Below are positions 40,780-57,960 of a stretch of 64,000 nt of DNA, in pieces. This DNA is from Eledone cirrhosa (Eukaryota): NCBI GenBank assembly GCA_964016885.1, contig OZ024742.1:336226001-336290000 (forward strand), given 5' to 3'. Under the pieces are notes generated by a model, which searched no databases, had not been told where the DNA came from, and worked only from the letters and a program-made list of their open reading frames with translations. Position numbers and translations under genes: made by a program. Every line of letters begins with the position of its first letter. Position 1 is the first letter of the stretch.

Positions 40780-41177
40780 ATTTCTTTATTTCCCACAGGG
40801 GCGTACACAAATGGGACATTACAAGACGTGACAGCGGGGGATTTACATAAAAATCATATAACTTTAACATTGATAAATGACAATAAACTATATATAAAAT
40901 AAAATAACAATTGAAATCCCCAATAGGGGGGAGGCGTTTCTGCACGGTTGTTTTACACCCCTCAACACCAGGAACACGTTTTGCAGGTGTTCCCGTCTTC
41001 CCTGGGTTTATATTCCGAGAAGGCCCATTCACTCGGGCCATTTTTGCCACATTCACCCACCTTTCCGCGAATTTACTGGGGTGTAGCACCTCTCTCTCAA
41101 CTCTCACCCTTCCTTCTGAAGTGGTACTTAAAAAAGGGGATGAGTTGTTGTACGGAAAGAAAGCTGTTTGCCCTCAG
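40780..41177 (-). mobile_element. 5'-truncated Tx1 copy (related subfamily) inside (GATA)n
   Basis: RVEREVLHPSKFAERWVNVAKMARVNGPS matches the ORF2 C-terminus; 3' AATAAAGAAATC|TATCC; GATA repeats on both sides. Confidence 0.85.
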
Positions 41178-41186
41178 TAGATAGAT

Positions 41187-41240
<54 letters not shown>

Positions 41241-41357
41241 AAAATAGATATAGATAGTTAGTTACATAGATAGGGAAAGAATGTGCTAGGGATAGACAAT
41301 AAGAGAATGTGTGTGTAATAAAGGGGGTAGAGAGAAAGAGGGAGGGGGAGGGCAGTA

Positions 41358-41489
41358 AGAGAAACGGAGAGAAAGCTAGTGGGGCAGAGAGAGAGAGGGG
41401 GGGGGGTCAGAAAGAGAAACAGAGAGAAAGCTAGTGGGGCAGAGAGAGAGAGAGAGGAACACAAAGAGAAACGGAGAGAAGGCTAGTGG

Positions 41490-41495
<6 letters not shown>
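41358..41495. repeat. Purine-rich minisatellite, 3 units
   Basis: AGAGAAAC(G/A)GAGAGAA(A/G)GCTAGTGGG repeated three times. Confidence 0.75.
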
Positions 41496-41544
<49 letters not shown>

Positions 41545-41726
41545 GGAAAAGTGCGATAGTGAGATGGATAGAAGGGAGGTGGGGAGAATGCAGAACAGAG
41601 AGAGATAGGGAAATACATAGTTAGAGAGAGGGAGAGAGAGATGAGAGAGATTGTATATGTTTGTGTGTGTGAAAGAGAATATTATGTGTAGTGAGTGTTT
41701 TCCTCGAGGGGCGTGGGGATCAATTA

Positions 41727-41858
41727 CTAGGTTGAGGAAAAAGTTCGTGCGCCATGTTAAAATAATGATATTTTATGCAAGAATTTATTCAAAATTTATT
41801 TAATATATAAAAAAAAGCATTATTTTAACACGGCGCACGAACTTTTTCCTCAACCTAA
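41727..41858. mobile_element. 132-bp mariner-type MITE (MADE1-like ends) with TA target duplication
   Basis: TA|(C/T)TAGGTTGAGGAAAAAGTTCGTGCGCC ... GGCGCACGAACTTTTTCCTCAACCTAA|TA. Confidence 0.88.
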
Positions 41859-41936
41859 TACTAAGTTTCATGTACTTCAATATAGAAATAGCCGTCGAAA
41901 CGGCTTGAGCTCTGCCATCGGGGGCTTGAACATTTT

Positions 41937-41976
<40 letters not shown>

Positions 41977-42538
41977 GCAAAACGAAGAATCAGTGATGCA
42001 TCGAAACACAATTTATTAACGTATTACAATTGTTTCTCCATCAACTGGGAAAACCCCCAGTTGATGGATGCGAAATCCGAAATATAGGGACAATTAATCA
42101 CTTCCAAGGTAACTCTATCTCGTGTTATTATTTTTACACTCTTTCCTACTTCCTCTACACCCCATACGTCTCACTCTACATTTCTCTCATCACCACCTGA
42201 TTCTGTTACCCGGAGATTTACCCATCTGCATTGTTCAGGCTTCCAAAACGACCAATTTTATATATAGAAATAGCCGTCGAAACGGCTTGAGCTCTGCCGT
42301 CGGGGGTCAAACATTTCCTATATATATATATTTTCAATTTTATCTTTTTGTTTAAAACCCGATTAGCTTGATCGCTTTTTTGGCTTGGTAGTTAATGGCA
42401 TAACCATCATATCAGTTTGTATGGCCCTTTTAACGTATGTTTATTGCTCTGGATCATTCATATCTATCGAGCGCTTGCCAACACAAATCGAAGGTTGCTT
42501 TTCGCTGTTTTACTACTTGCCGAAATGCGATTCTCGCT

Positions 42539-42594
<56 letters not shown>

Positions 42595-42980
42595 ATGATA
42601 TTAAATAAATGGAAACTATATTTATAAAACCATATTTATTTTGTTATATATATTTCAAGGGTACCAAAACACATTGATACGCTTTCCTCAGATAAAATAC
42701 AAAGTTTGTTTTTAAAATAGGGACACACCCATGAAAATCATACCTTATCGGTTGGATATTCTCTGGACTATCCAGAAAATATCCAACCGATAAGCGTACC
42801 AATGTGTTTTGGTACCCTTGAAATATATATAATAAAATAAATATGGTTTTATAAATATAGTTTCCATTTATTTAATATCATTTAATATTTACTCCAGTAA
42901 ACTTTTGAGTGCTCTAAATCAGTTATAAACATTTATATTTGTCGGACTTCCAACAAATTAAATATCCCTTCTACTTATAT
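42595..42980. mobile_element. Miniature PLE insertion made of two outward-facing tails
   Basis: ~42597-42684 inverted to ~42792-42881, inner hairpin ~42745-42794; related module at 48825-49164. Confidence 0.7.
42637..42699 (-). ncRNA. Hammerhead ribozyme with (TA)-palindromic stem III
   Basis: TATTTTAT-CTGAGGA-AAGCGTATCA...TGGTACCCTT-GAAA-TATATA-TA-ACAAAATA; one stem I mismatch in this copy. Confidence 0.7.
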
Positions 42981-43296
42981 ATTTTTTTTTTTTTTAAATG
43001 GAGGTTTGACACACGAGTTGTGATATATTAGTAAAAAGGAAAAGAAAATGCTGACGAATTTTTCCCAGTGGAAAATAGTTTAATTAGAAATAAGTATAAA
43101 TTAGTAATTAGTATTAGTTAGTATTCAGTTTTAGTTTTAAGGTTTTACTGGTTGCGCATTTCTAATGCTTTTCAAAAATAACTTTGAGATAGAGCGCTTG
43201 TGATTTTTGCTCTAATCTGATCAGTTTTGGAAATTCTTCCTGTTTTATGTGAAAAAAGTGGCTTGAGAGGTATTAAGATTTGGTTGGTTGTTGAAT

Positions 43297-43432
43297 GTCA
43301 CGTGAATAAGCATTATAAATTTCGCGCCAATTCGTGTTGCAAAAATTCTTGTAGTCAAAACAATTTTGATTGGTCGGTAGAAGTCACGTGAATATTTAAA
43401 TTGATTTTAGCGCGAACTGGTTTCGCGCCAAA
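43297..43432. promoter_or_regulatory. Candidate PLE promoter module (E-box, E2F-like and CCAAT motifs)
   Basis: GTCACGTGA at 43297 and 43383, TTTCGCGCCAA at 43320 and 43421, ATTGG at ~43369; E-box and E2F-like motifs retained in the right arm (~48330-48470). Confidence 0.35.
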
Positions 43433-44107
43433 TGTAGTGTCCTTTTCTTCTTGATTGAGTTGCAATCATGTTGAGAGGTCAACAGTTCAGGTGTCTATTA
43501 AGACAAATATGTGCGTGGAGTGTGTGTGTGTGTGTGTGTGTAGCAGAGTGGTTCATTGTTGTGATAATGGAAATGAATCGGTCAGTAGGAATGTGTGTGT
43601 GTGTATATATATGTCTGTATGTTAGTGTACGCGTGTGCATGCGTGTGTGTGTGCGGATAGACCAGTAATGTTGTGGTACTGGTAAAAATGGCGTACATTA
43701 TTCGATATTTTCAGTCATTTGCAAAAACGATTCTCTCAAAAGAACATCAATAACATCAATAATAAAACAGGTGAAATGATGTATAGTATTGTCATAAGAA
43801 GGCGTGAGTGAGTCCAGATTGTACGTACTGCAAGGGGAATCCATTAGGCCCAGCCGTATGGGATACTTGTGTACAAATATGTATGTGCCCATCAATGTGC
43901 AATATATGTGTGCGTATGTGTATGTGTGCGTGTCGGCACGTGTATATCTATAAACATCAAAAGGTATGCGAATTTGTGTATATTTGTGTTGCACCATAGA
44001 ACATGTGTGTTTACGTATGTCATTGTGTTTATATGTGGATAGAAATGTATGTAGGATGTATGCTGATGTAGGTATGTATGTTGACGTGTGTATGTTGTGG
44101 TTTCGTC

Positions 44108-47100
44108 TTAGGAAGAAGTGTTTAGACGGTTTCCGTATTTGTTAATAAAGTGAGATTCCTTGCTGATGCGCTGGGTGTGGGTGGCATTATCTTTAAATTT
44201 GTAGAAGGGAAAGATTCTAAAGTTGGGATGATTTTGGGCGGCACAGGTATCAATGTTTTCACTCAGTGGTATTTTTCTGTATTCCCGTATTTTGATTTGG
44301 GATCTATGGACAGTCATGCGTTGACGGAGGCTGTTTTTAGTCTGGCCTATGTATTGTTCTCGACACCCTGAGCAAGTTAATACATATATTAAGTTTTCTG
44401 ATGCGCATGTGAAACTGTGTTTTACTATAAAACGTTGTCCTTGTTTGAAATAGAAGTCCGAACTCTCTATTAGGTTGATGCATATGCCACAGTTGGGTCT
44501 ATCGCCTTTTTTACTGTGGGTTTCGTTGTTGTGGTTGGCAGTAATTTGGCATGTGTTAGGATGTTTTTCACTGACTTAGATTGTCTTTTGTTCTTTATGA
44601 TGTCGTGTGTTCGAGGGATTTGGTTCATTCTATGGTCCTTTTTTAATACAGGGATGTTCTGGAGGATGGTGTCAAAGGCCTCATTGTTGAGGGGGTTGTG
44701 TGTGGAGATGTATTGAAGAGCTTTTAGTTTCGGTTCATTAACTTTAGGTTGTCTAAGGTCCTGGGTACTGAGTTTTAGGGCACGTTGGATTCCATTGTCA
44801 ATTAGCGATGCAGGGTAGTCCCTGCTTATGAATGTGTCCTTTAGTTCTTGTAGCCGTAATTAACAGGTGTTTTTATTGGAAACTATAGTACAGATTCTCT
44901 TGGCTAAGTTGTAGGGAATATTAATTTGAACGTGTCTAGGGTGGCATGATTTGAAAGGAAGATATTGCTTGGTGTTTGTGGGCTTGTACTATATGTCTGT
45001 TTCAATTTTTTTTTAATGAATCTTAATGAGGATGTCGAGGAAGGGGAGTTGTTGATGGCTGTGTTCCATTGTAAAATTAATATTCGTGTTGAACCCATTT
45101 ATAAGGGTGTGAAATTCTTTAAGTTTCTCGATGTTTTCGTGCCAAATGATGAAGCAGTCATCTAGATAGCTCTTCCAGTTCTTTTCTATTTGTAAGTGGA
45201 GAGTGTTTCCAAATTTGTTTAGTACGTTAGTGTAGAGGGTGATTTCCAGGTATCCGATGACTAGGTTGGCATAAGTGGGGGCCGTTTTCGTTCCCATAGC
45301 GGTCCCAGACTTCTACCTATAGAATTTGTTATTGAAAACGAAGTAATTATTCTCCAAGATATATTTGAGTCCTATCACGAATTCTTTTTTGATGCGTTGT
45401 GGGAGTTCATTGTGGTAATTATCCAGCCAGAATTGGATAGCTTCTATTCCCAGGTTGGGGGGTGGGGGTGGAGTATAGGTTGACTACATCGAACGTCACT
45501 AGCAGGGTTTGTTCAGTAAGGGGTATATTAGGGAGGTGGTTGAGCATATCTAGGTCGTCCCTTATATAGCTTTAAATGTGTTTGAGAAAAGGCTTGAGAA
45601 CGGTATCGATGAAGTTGCTAAGGTGGTGGGTTTCACAAGCGGGGCCTGCTATTATAGGTCTTAATTTTAGATCATTAGGTGAGGGGACATTGATGACTAT
45701 GTCTGTGGCTTCCTTGCATGCCTTACTTATTAATTCGCTTTTATGTACTTTAGGGTTACCGTAGAAAAGGCTGGATTTACTTGTGAAGTCTGTGATGAAG
45801 CTGAATTCCTTTTTAGTGAGTCCTTCTTTGTATGGGTTGATCAGAGCTTTTAGGTTTCTCATAATTTTCTGTTGATTGTAGTGTTCAGCCTTTTCGTAGT
45901 ATGTTTCGTTTTCCAAAGTGTAGAGCGCTAAGTTGATATAGAATTCTGTATCCATTAGGACTACTGCACTCCCTTTATCAGCTTCTTTAATTGTAATAGT
46001 TCTGTCGGTTTTTAATGTATTTAATTCTTCCCATTATTTCTTGTTGAGGTTTGGCTTGTGTTTTTGTCTGTGCAAGTGTTGGTAAGGGAAGTTTGTGATA
46101 TGTTCACAGAATTCGTCCAGGATTTTATTTCTACCTTTTGATGGGGTGTAGTTGCTTCTATTTCTGGCTAATGATTCATCCTTATTGTACTGGTCGAATA
46201 GTTCTTAACTGATCGTAACTCTTTACAGAATTTTGTGATGTTTTCCTTCATTTCATAGTAGTTTGGACGTAGAGGGGTCGGTGTGAATTTAAGACCTTTG
46301 GAGAGTAAGTTGATAAGGTTGGGAGTTGGTTCTGCACTAGTTAGATTGATAATTTTTATTACTCTCGGTTTCTCCTCCCTGTCTTATGTTATTTCGTTTG
46401 TCTGTATCTGTGTGCTGTGTCTAAAAAATAGTTGGGGTAGAGGGGGTGTCTTCTGATGTTAAGTGGTCTCCTGTGTTTGTTATATTCCTTGTTGTTGTAA
46501 AATGTGGTTCGATTTCGTGGTCGTGGATTGAATGGGGTGTTCCTTTATTGCGAGTATGGATGTGTGTTTCTATGTGCCATGTTGGATTGTGGTGTTATAG
46601 GTGGCCTACGTTGCTGGTTGTATCGTGTGGTGTGGGTTTGAAGCGAGAGTTGAGAAAATAGAAATTACCTTGCTGTCTCCTTGTGTCGGGGAGGTTGTTA
46701 CATCTATCATGGTGGTGGTATCTTTTCTCTATGTTTGACGATGAGGCATCCGCGTAGTAGTTGAGTGATTTCGTATGGTATCTCCTTGAAGGGGGAAAGT
46801 TGTAAATGTCATTCTGGGGGTGATGATTTCTAGGGTTTTTGTTCCTCCTTATGGTAGCGAGGTTGGGAAGTTCATCTTCGGTGTGCTGCTTCCTTCTTCT
46901 TTTGTTAGTAGCTGGGGGATTTGCGAAGTTGTTGTGCGGTTGGGTTATGGGTTTTCCTATTTTTATGAACGGGTTATTGGAGGTGTAATCTGTTTGAAAA
47001 ATTGATTCATAGTGTAGGAACCAAGCGGCACTTTTTTCCCAGCGTTGAAGGGATTTCAGCTCCTCTCTGTTGCAGTCCTCTTTCCATAATTTAGAGAACT

Positions 47101-47545
47101 TCTCTACGTTGGGGCCTTCAGTCTTATTGTTTATTTCAAGGAGGATCTCTTCATCGATAGTTTTGATTTTTTCCTAATTTGTCTGGGCCCTCAATTTAAG
47201 AAGTTCAATTTCTGTCTTCATTGTTTCCAATGCCATTATTTCCCTAAGACGTCTTTGGGGCTCGGGTTCATTTGGAATGGATTTTATTTGTATTTTACGG
47301 GGGAGAGTTACAGGGATTGAGTTAATCCGTTTTTCATATATCTCTGCTTTGTTGTGATTTTGTATCATCTTCCAGAATGAGAACTTTCTGTCTCTGAGGG
47401 ATTTGTTCCATTTGGGGATTGTTCGATTTTTCATTTTGTATGAATCAATCTCACATGGTTCTTCGTTGGTTTTTCCTGGGTTGGTAGTAGTGAAAATAGT
47501 TTGGATAGTATCGCAAAGGTTTTGAAGTTTATCGCCGATTTCGGA
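44108..47545 (-). pseudogene. Neptune-type PLE RT plus GIY-YIG endonuclease, disrupted
   Basis: LLSKGLKFTPTP, ITIKEADKGSAVVL, FYGNPKVHK, KLRPIIAGP, GTAMGTKTAPTYANL, WKSYLDDCFIIW, LPFLDI, NLIYVLTCSGCREQYIGQT, RMTVHRSQI. Confidence 0.9.
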
Positions 47546-48003
47546 CATCCTACATACATTTCTATCCACATATAAACACAATGACATACGTAAACACACA
47601 TGTTCTATGGTGCAACACAAATATACACAAATTCGCATACCTTTTGATGTTTATAGATATACACGTGCCGACACGCACACATACACATACGCACACATGT
47701 ATTGCACATTGATGGGCACATACATATTTGTACACAAGTATCCCATACGGCTGGGCCTAATGGATTCCCCTTGCAGTACGTACAATCTGGACTCACTCAC
47801 GCCTTCTTATGACAATACTATACATCATTTCACCTCTTTTATTATTGATGTTATTGATGTTCTTTTGAGAGAATCGTTTTTACAAATGATTGAAAATATC
47901 GAATAATGTACGCCATTTTTACCAGTACCACAAAAATACTGGTCCATCCGCACACACACACGCATGCACACGCATATACAAACATACAGACAGACAGACA
48001 CCA

Positions 48004-48054
<51 letters not shown>

Positions 48055-48728
48055 CACACACACACACACACACACACTTCTCCATATAAGACAATAAGAC
48101 AAGAGCTGAAAAATATGTTTCAACATGTTAAAATACCCCCCCCCCCCACACACACACACGTACACACACATTCCTACTGACCGATTCATTTCCATTATCA
48201 CAACAATGAACCACTTTGCTACACGCACACACGCGCGCGCAGATTTGTCTTAATAGACACCTGAACTGTTGACCACTCAACTTGACTGCAACTCAATCAA
48301 GCAGAAAAGGACACTCTTCGACAAACCTACATTTGGCGCGAAACCAGTTTGCGCTAAAATCAATTTAAACATTCACGTGACTTCTACCAAACAATCAAAA
48401 TTGTTTTGACTACAAGAATTTTTGCAACATGAATTGGCGCGAAATTTATAGTGCTTATTCACGTGACATTCAGCAACCAACCAAATCTTAATACCTCTCA
48501 ATCCACTTTTTTCACATAAAACAGGAAGAATTTCCAAAACTGATCAGATTAGAGCAAAAATCACGAGCACTCTATCTCAAAATTATTTTTGAAAAGCATT
48601 AGAAATGCGCAACCGGTAAAAACTTAAAACTAAAAACTAACTAATAGTTATTACTAATTTATACTTATTCCTAATTAAACTATTTTCCACTGGGAAAAAT
48701 TTGTCAGCATTTTCTTTTCTTTTTAACT

Positions 48729-48816
<88 letters not shown>

Positions 48817-48824
48817 CATACATG

Positions 48825-49164
48825 GAGAGGTTATATTTAATTTGTTGGGATTCAACAAGCTTAAAAATGTTTATAACTGATATAAAGCACTCAACAAATT
48901 AGTGGAGTAAATACACAATATATTAATAAATGGAAACTATATTTATAAAACCATATTTATTTTATTATATATATTTCAAGGACAACCAAGGCAAATTATG
49001 GTGCGCTTTCATCACATAAAATACAGATTTGTTTTATAAATAAATATTGACATACCCGGAAAAAAGACAACCTTAACGGTTGGAGCTTCTTTGGTTGCCC
49101 TTGAAATATATATAATAAAATAAATATGGTTTTATAAATATAGTTTCCATTTATTAATATATTG
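48825..49164. mobile_element. Miniature PLE twin-tail module with decayed HHR (GTGATGA core, 48958-49023 minus)
   Basis: ~48916-48989 inverted to ~49091-49164; homologous to 42595-42980. Confidence 0.65.
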
Positions 49165-49319
49165 TATATATATATATATATATATATGTGTATGTATGTA
49201 TGTATTTGCGAGTGTGTAGTTTATCTGAAAACAAATGATACTGCGGTAACAAGAAAATGACTATTTTATGATATTTAGATTATACATATTCCTTTTGGTG
49301 TTACATAAGCACGCACACG

Positions 49320-49388
<69 letters not shown>

Positions 49389-49408
49389 ACACACACACAT
49401 ATATATAT

Positions 49409-49515
49409 AGGAAAAGAGTCAGGACCCCGACGGCTGAGCTCCGGCCGTTTCAACAGTTAGATCCGTACTGTCGAAACGGCCGGAGCTCAGCTGTCGGGGT
49501 CCTGACTCTTTTCCT
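49409..49515. repeat. GC-rich ~107-bp palindrome
   Basis: ~49-bp arms around loop TAGATCCGT; arm sequence related to 41881-41939 and 42262-42319. Confidence 0.88.
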
Positions 49516-49659
49516 TTTACCACTCTACTACCCCCACTATTGAGTACTCTGGTGCGTTATGGTCCACTTGGTGTCTTACCACACCCTCTTTGATGTATAT
49601 ATATATGCAATTTAAATTCAATAACATTATTGATTATTCATCAATTTTCATAAAACATG

Positions 49660-50260
<601 letters not shown>

Positions 50261-50368
50261 TGACCTTGAGCCAATCTGCGAAACAAGTACAACAGGTCGG
50301 TACTCAATAAAAGCAAAACAAAAAAACATTTAAACGAAACCTCATCGTTTTATTATATATATATTATA

Positions 50369-51317
<949 letters not shown>

Positions 51318-51869
51318 TTATATATATATATATATATATATACAAAATTTAGTACAGCATAATCGAAGCTCTGGCTGCAGCTAAGCTAACGAATACAATC
51401 GGGGTGTGCAGCTAATCACTCAATGAGGTATATTACCTTAGAGTTATAACATTACGTTTAGACAGCGACCGAAACGCACGCACCAGTTGCTTTCACTTCA
51501 ATTTATTATAAATTGAATTTATAAATTTAAGAATTTATAAATTTCCGGTTGGTTGGTTGGTTCCACAACCAGACGATTGTTCATATATTGTCAAAGTTCT
51601 TTCGTCACACATTCTGTGACCTCTTCAGTGACTGGGATTCTTTTCTTTGTTTTTGTGCCTCTCCTTTGTTCTGTCCGACGCCATCTTGTTTTTGTGTGTG
51701 TTGTATGGTTAGTTGGCGCATGTGTTGCATCCGGGTGTCTGTGTGTGTTTATATTTGTTTATTTATTTGTTTATTTACATGTTACTGGTGGGTTGTTTGT
51801 TCTATGTGTGTGTGTTTTCATATTTTGTCCTTAATTGTAAGTTGTAAGTTGTGATGTTGCTCAGAAACG

Positions 51870-51955
<86 letters not shown>

Positions 51956-52009
51956 GTATATATATATATACGTATATGTATATGTATATATATCGATGGT
52001 TTAGACAGG

Positions 52010-53249
52010 GAAAACTTCTCTCACTGCCGAAAAAACCTCCTCTTCAACGACGGAGTAGCCTGGGCAAACAAGTCAACAACTTCAGACCTATTCGACGTCT
52101 CCATGGGATCGTTGGACAGGGCTGACGTATGTGACTTGGTTGGCCTATTTATTTTAGACATATTACGTGTTAGATTCCCGGACTTCCACACGGGAATATA
52201 CCGCGACGATGGACTGATCTTATCGAGCCATAAAAGTGGTCACAACCTCGACCAGTTTAAAAAAGACTTAGCTTCTACCTTCAATATAGGATATATATTA
52301 GGATAACAGTAGCTATCAACCTCTCTAGCGTAGATTTCTTAGACATTAATTTAGACCTTCGCACACACACCTACAGACCCTTCCATAAGCTTAACGAAAA
52401 ACTCAATTACATTCACAAGGACTCATGCCACCCTCCCACTGTTTTTAGAAACTTCGTAAATAATATCAGTACTAGAATCTCAAACCTCTACTCTAATATG
52501 CCTATCTTTGACAGAGCGGCACCCTACTATAACACGGCGTTAGCTAACAGCGGCTTCTCACAACCTATCACTTACTCTCCCACTAACAACAACAGCAATA
52601 AGAAAAGAAAGCGTAACAATAGACAAACTATCTGGTTCTCTCCTCCCTTCTCACTCAACGTTAAAACCAATGTAGGCAAACATTTTCTAGCCCTCTTAGA
52701 TAGACACTTTCCCATAGGTCATAAATACCGCTCCATCTTTAACCGCCACAAAGTAAAACTAGGATACTCCTGCGCTAAGAACATGAAGGCCCACATCACC
52801 AACAGCCCTAAGAGCAAACCCCCCTCCTCTCAGGGTGCTCTTGCCGTAAGCCCGAAGCTTGTCCCCTTCAACAGCAATGCAACACACCCGCTGTAGTTTA
52901 TGAAGCTGTGGTCACTTCCAACCGACCAAATCAACCACAGTAGGTCAAATCCTATGTGGGTATAGTGGAGGGCCGATTTAAGGAACGCTTCCTGAACCAC
53001 CAGTCGACCTTTAGGTACCCGGAAAGACATTCATCCACGAAACTCGCGAGCCACGTATGGTCCCTCAAGGCCTCAAGTATAGACTACTCCATTCAATGGA
53101 AAGCCATCACTAAGTCCAAGCGATACGCAAGGGGCAATCCGTCGTGTGGACTATGTATTGATGAACGAATAAATATTCTAAAGAGATTACGCAATAGTGA
53201 TTGCCTAAACTCGAGTAATGAATTCTTCACACGTTATCCACACGTCTGA
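52010..53249 (+). pseudogene. Second Naiad-type PLE fragment (RT C-terminal half plus GIY-YIG)
   Basis: [55 protein letters not shown].....C, VVYEA...SYVG, CGLCIDE. Confidence 0.85.
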
Positions 53250-53301
53250 AACACCTCTTACATAACTACAAAGCTCCCTCTGAATCTATGTGTGTGTATA
53301 T

Positions 53302-53396
<95 letters not shown>

Positions 53397-54246
53397 AATA
53401 TCCTGTTTACATTACATGTGAATGCGAACCAGTGTCGTCAATAATGGCGGCAATAGCGTTGAGTGTATTCAACTCCTGAAATCCCGGATGTGTATGGATT
53501 ACTGGATATATGAATAACGTACAAACTGGGAGATTTGCGTCTTGATAAATTACTGCCTTTCATGAAAGAAACCCTTATAGTTTATGCATTACTGACACGT
53601 TGAAGTGATTAACGACGAAAATGATATTTTAATAATATAAACTCCAGGATAACATTACATAAATGTTCACCATATAAGTATAAACGACATACAGGATGAA
53701 ATGTATGCACGACTTTGGAGAAATGTAGGTGTAGAACCGAAGACTCTGTTGCTGGAGAGCGAGCTAATTCTAATTACAAGAGAGAAATAGGAAATGCATT
53801 GCGTATGTTTGTATGTGCAAATTTTAAAGATTTACAGATTTAAAGTACACGTGGCTTGTTATAGCTGATTATTCGTTTCGTCTTGGCTTTCTGTGCCTGT
53901 GGCCAGTAAGATCGGTTGTCATACCATTTCCTCTCTCTTGGCTTCCTTTGCACATGCCCAGTGACGTTGAGTGCCATACCACATCCTGTTTTCCATTATA
54001 ACAAATTTATATTTTTAAATGACCAGGTTTAAATTATAAATCTTTTTACACAATACTTTTGTATATATCAACACTAATGTATATTCACACACACAAACAA
54101 CCAGAGGACAGATAGAGGGGGGCATTTCTCTCTTTCTCTCTCTCCCTCCCTCTCTTTCTCTCTCTCAGTCTCTCTCTCTCTGTATATATATTCACACACA
54201 CACATACACACACACACACATATATATATATACAAACATGCATAGA

Positions 54247-54281
<35 letters not shown>

Positions 54282-54395
54282 TGTGTGTCTGTGTGTCTGT
54301 GTGTGTGTATGTGTGTGTGTGTCTTTATGTATCACCATGTACATACAGCAATGTAAAAACACAAATATGTTAACTGTAAGATACTGAATTCGCAA

Positions 54396-54463
<68 letters not shown>

Positions 54464-54637
54464 CATATACACACCAATATACATATACATATATATATAT
54501 ATATATGTGCGTATTGGAATTTCGTATTTCTAAAGAAATACGGTATGTTTATAAATAAACATTTAGAAATCCGTAGCTATGCAAAACACTGGCAGTTATC
54601 GCCACCTAGCGTTGTCCAGCAGAAGCAAGGGGGGGAA

Positions 54638-54681
54638 ATCGTCGATGCATTTCGAAGTGAACTGGTTGTCGTCAGGACGAT
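54638..54681 (-). ncRNA. Minimal hammerhead inside a short element with 27-bp inverted ends (54511-54537 / 54768-54794)
   Basis: ATCGTC-CTGACGA-...-GAAA-TGCA-TC-GACGAT: perfect 6-bp stem I, palindromic stem III, weak stem II. Confidence 0.7.
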
Positions 54682-54993
54682 CCCTCCCACCGCTTACGAC
54701 TGCTGGACTTGAAAACAGACGAGAATATATAGTTTTCTCGTCTGTGTAAATGAGGTGATTTATCTCATTCTTTAGAAATACGAAATTCCAATACATATCT
54801 GTATACAGCTATTGTGTGTGTATGTGCGTGCGTGTGTGTATGTGTGTATGTGTGAGTCTGCATTTAATATAATAAATGTAAATACGCACACACACAGAGA
54901 CACACACACACACATATATGTATATGTATATATACATATATATATACACACACACATTTATATATGTATATATATGTATGTATATATATATAT

Positions 54994-55068
<75 letters not shown>

Positions 55069-55075
55069 ATATATG

Positions 55076-55155
<80 letters not shown>

Positions 55156-55197
55156 TATGTATGTATATATGTATATATATATATATATGTATGTATG

Positions 55198-57960
<2,763 letters not shown>

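Larger units (their letters stand above)
43028..48730 (-). mobile_element. Penelope-like element, Neptune-type, with ~1.0-1.2 kb inverted arms
   Basis: 43028-44059 is the reverse complement of 47545-48730; RT/GIY-YIG remnants lie between them. Confidence 0.9.

Noticed and set aside
41358-41495. CRISPR-like repeat-spacer pattern
   Set aside because: Eukaryotic context, low-complexity GA spacers and no cas genes; a minisatellite.
48531-48595. Possible hammerhead in the Neptune tail (AAAA-CTGATCA-stem-TCAAA...TTTT)
   Set aside because: Two essential core positions (G8, G12) differ and stem III is unconvincing in AT-rich sequence.
43028-48730. Large-TIR DNA transposon, Polinton or DIRS interpretation of the inverted arms
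   Set aside because: The interior encodes PLE RT and GIY-YIG remnants only, and one arm is the 3' tail directly following the endonuclease.
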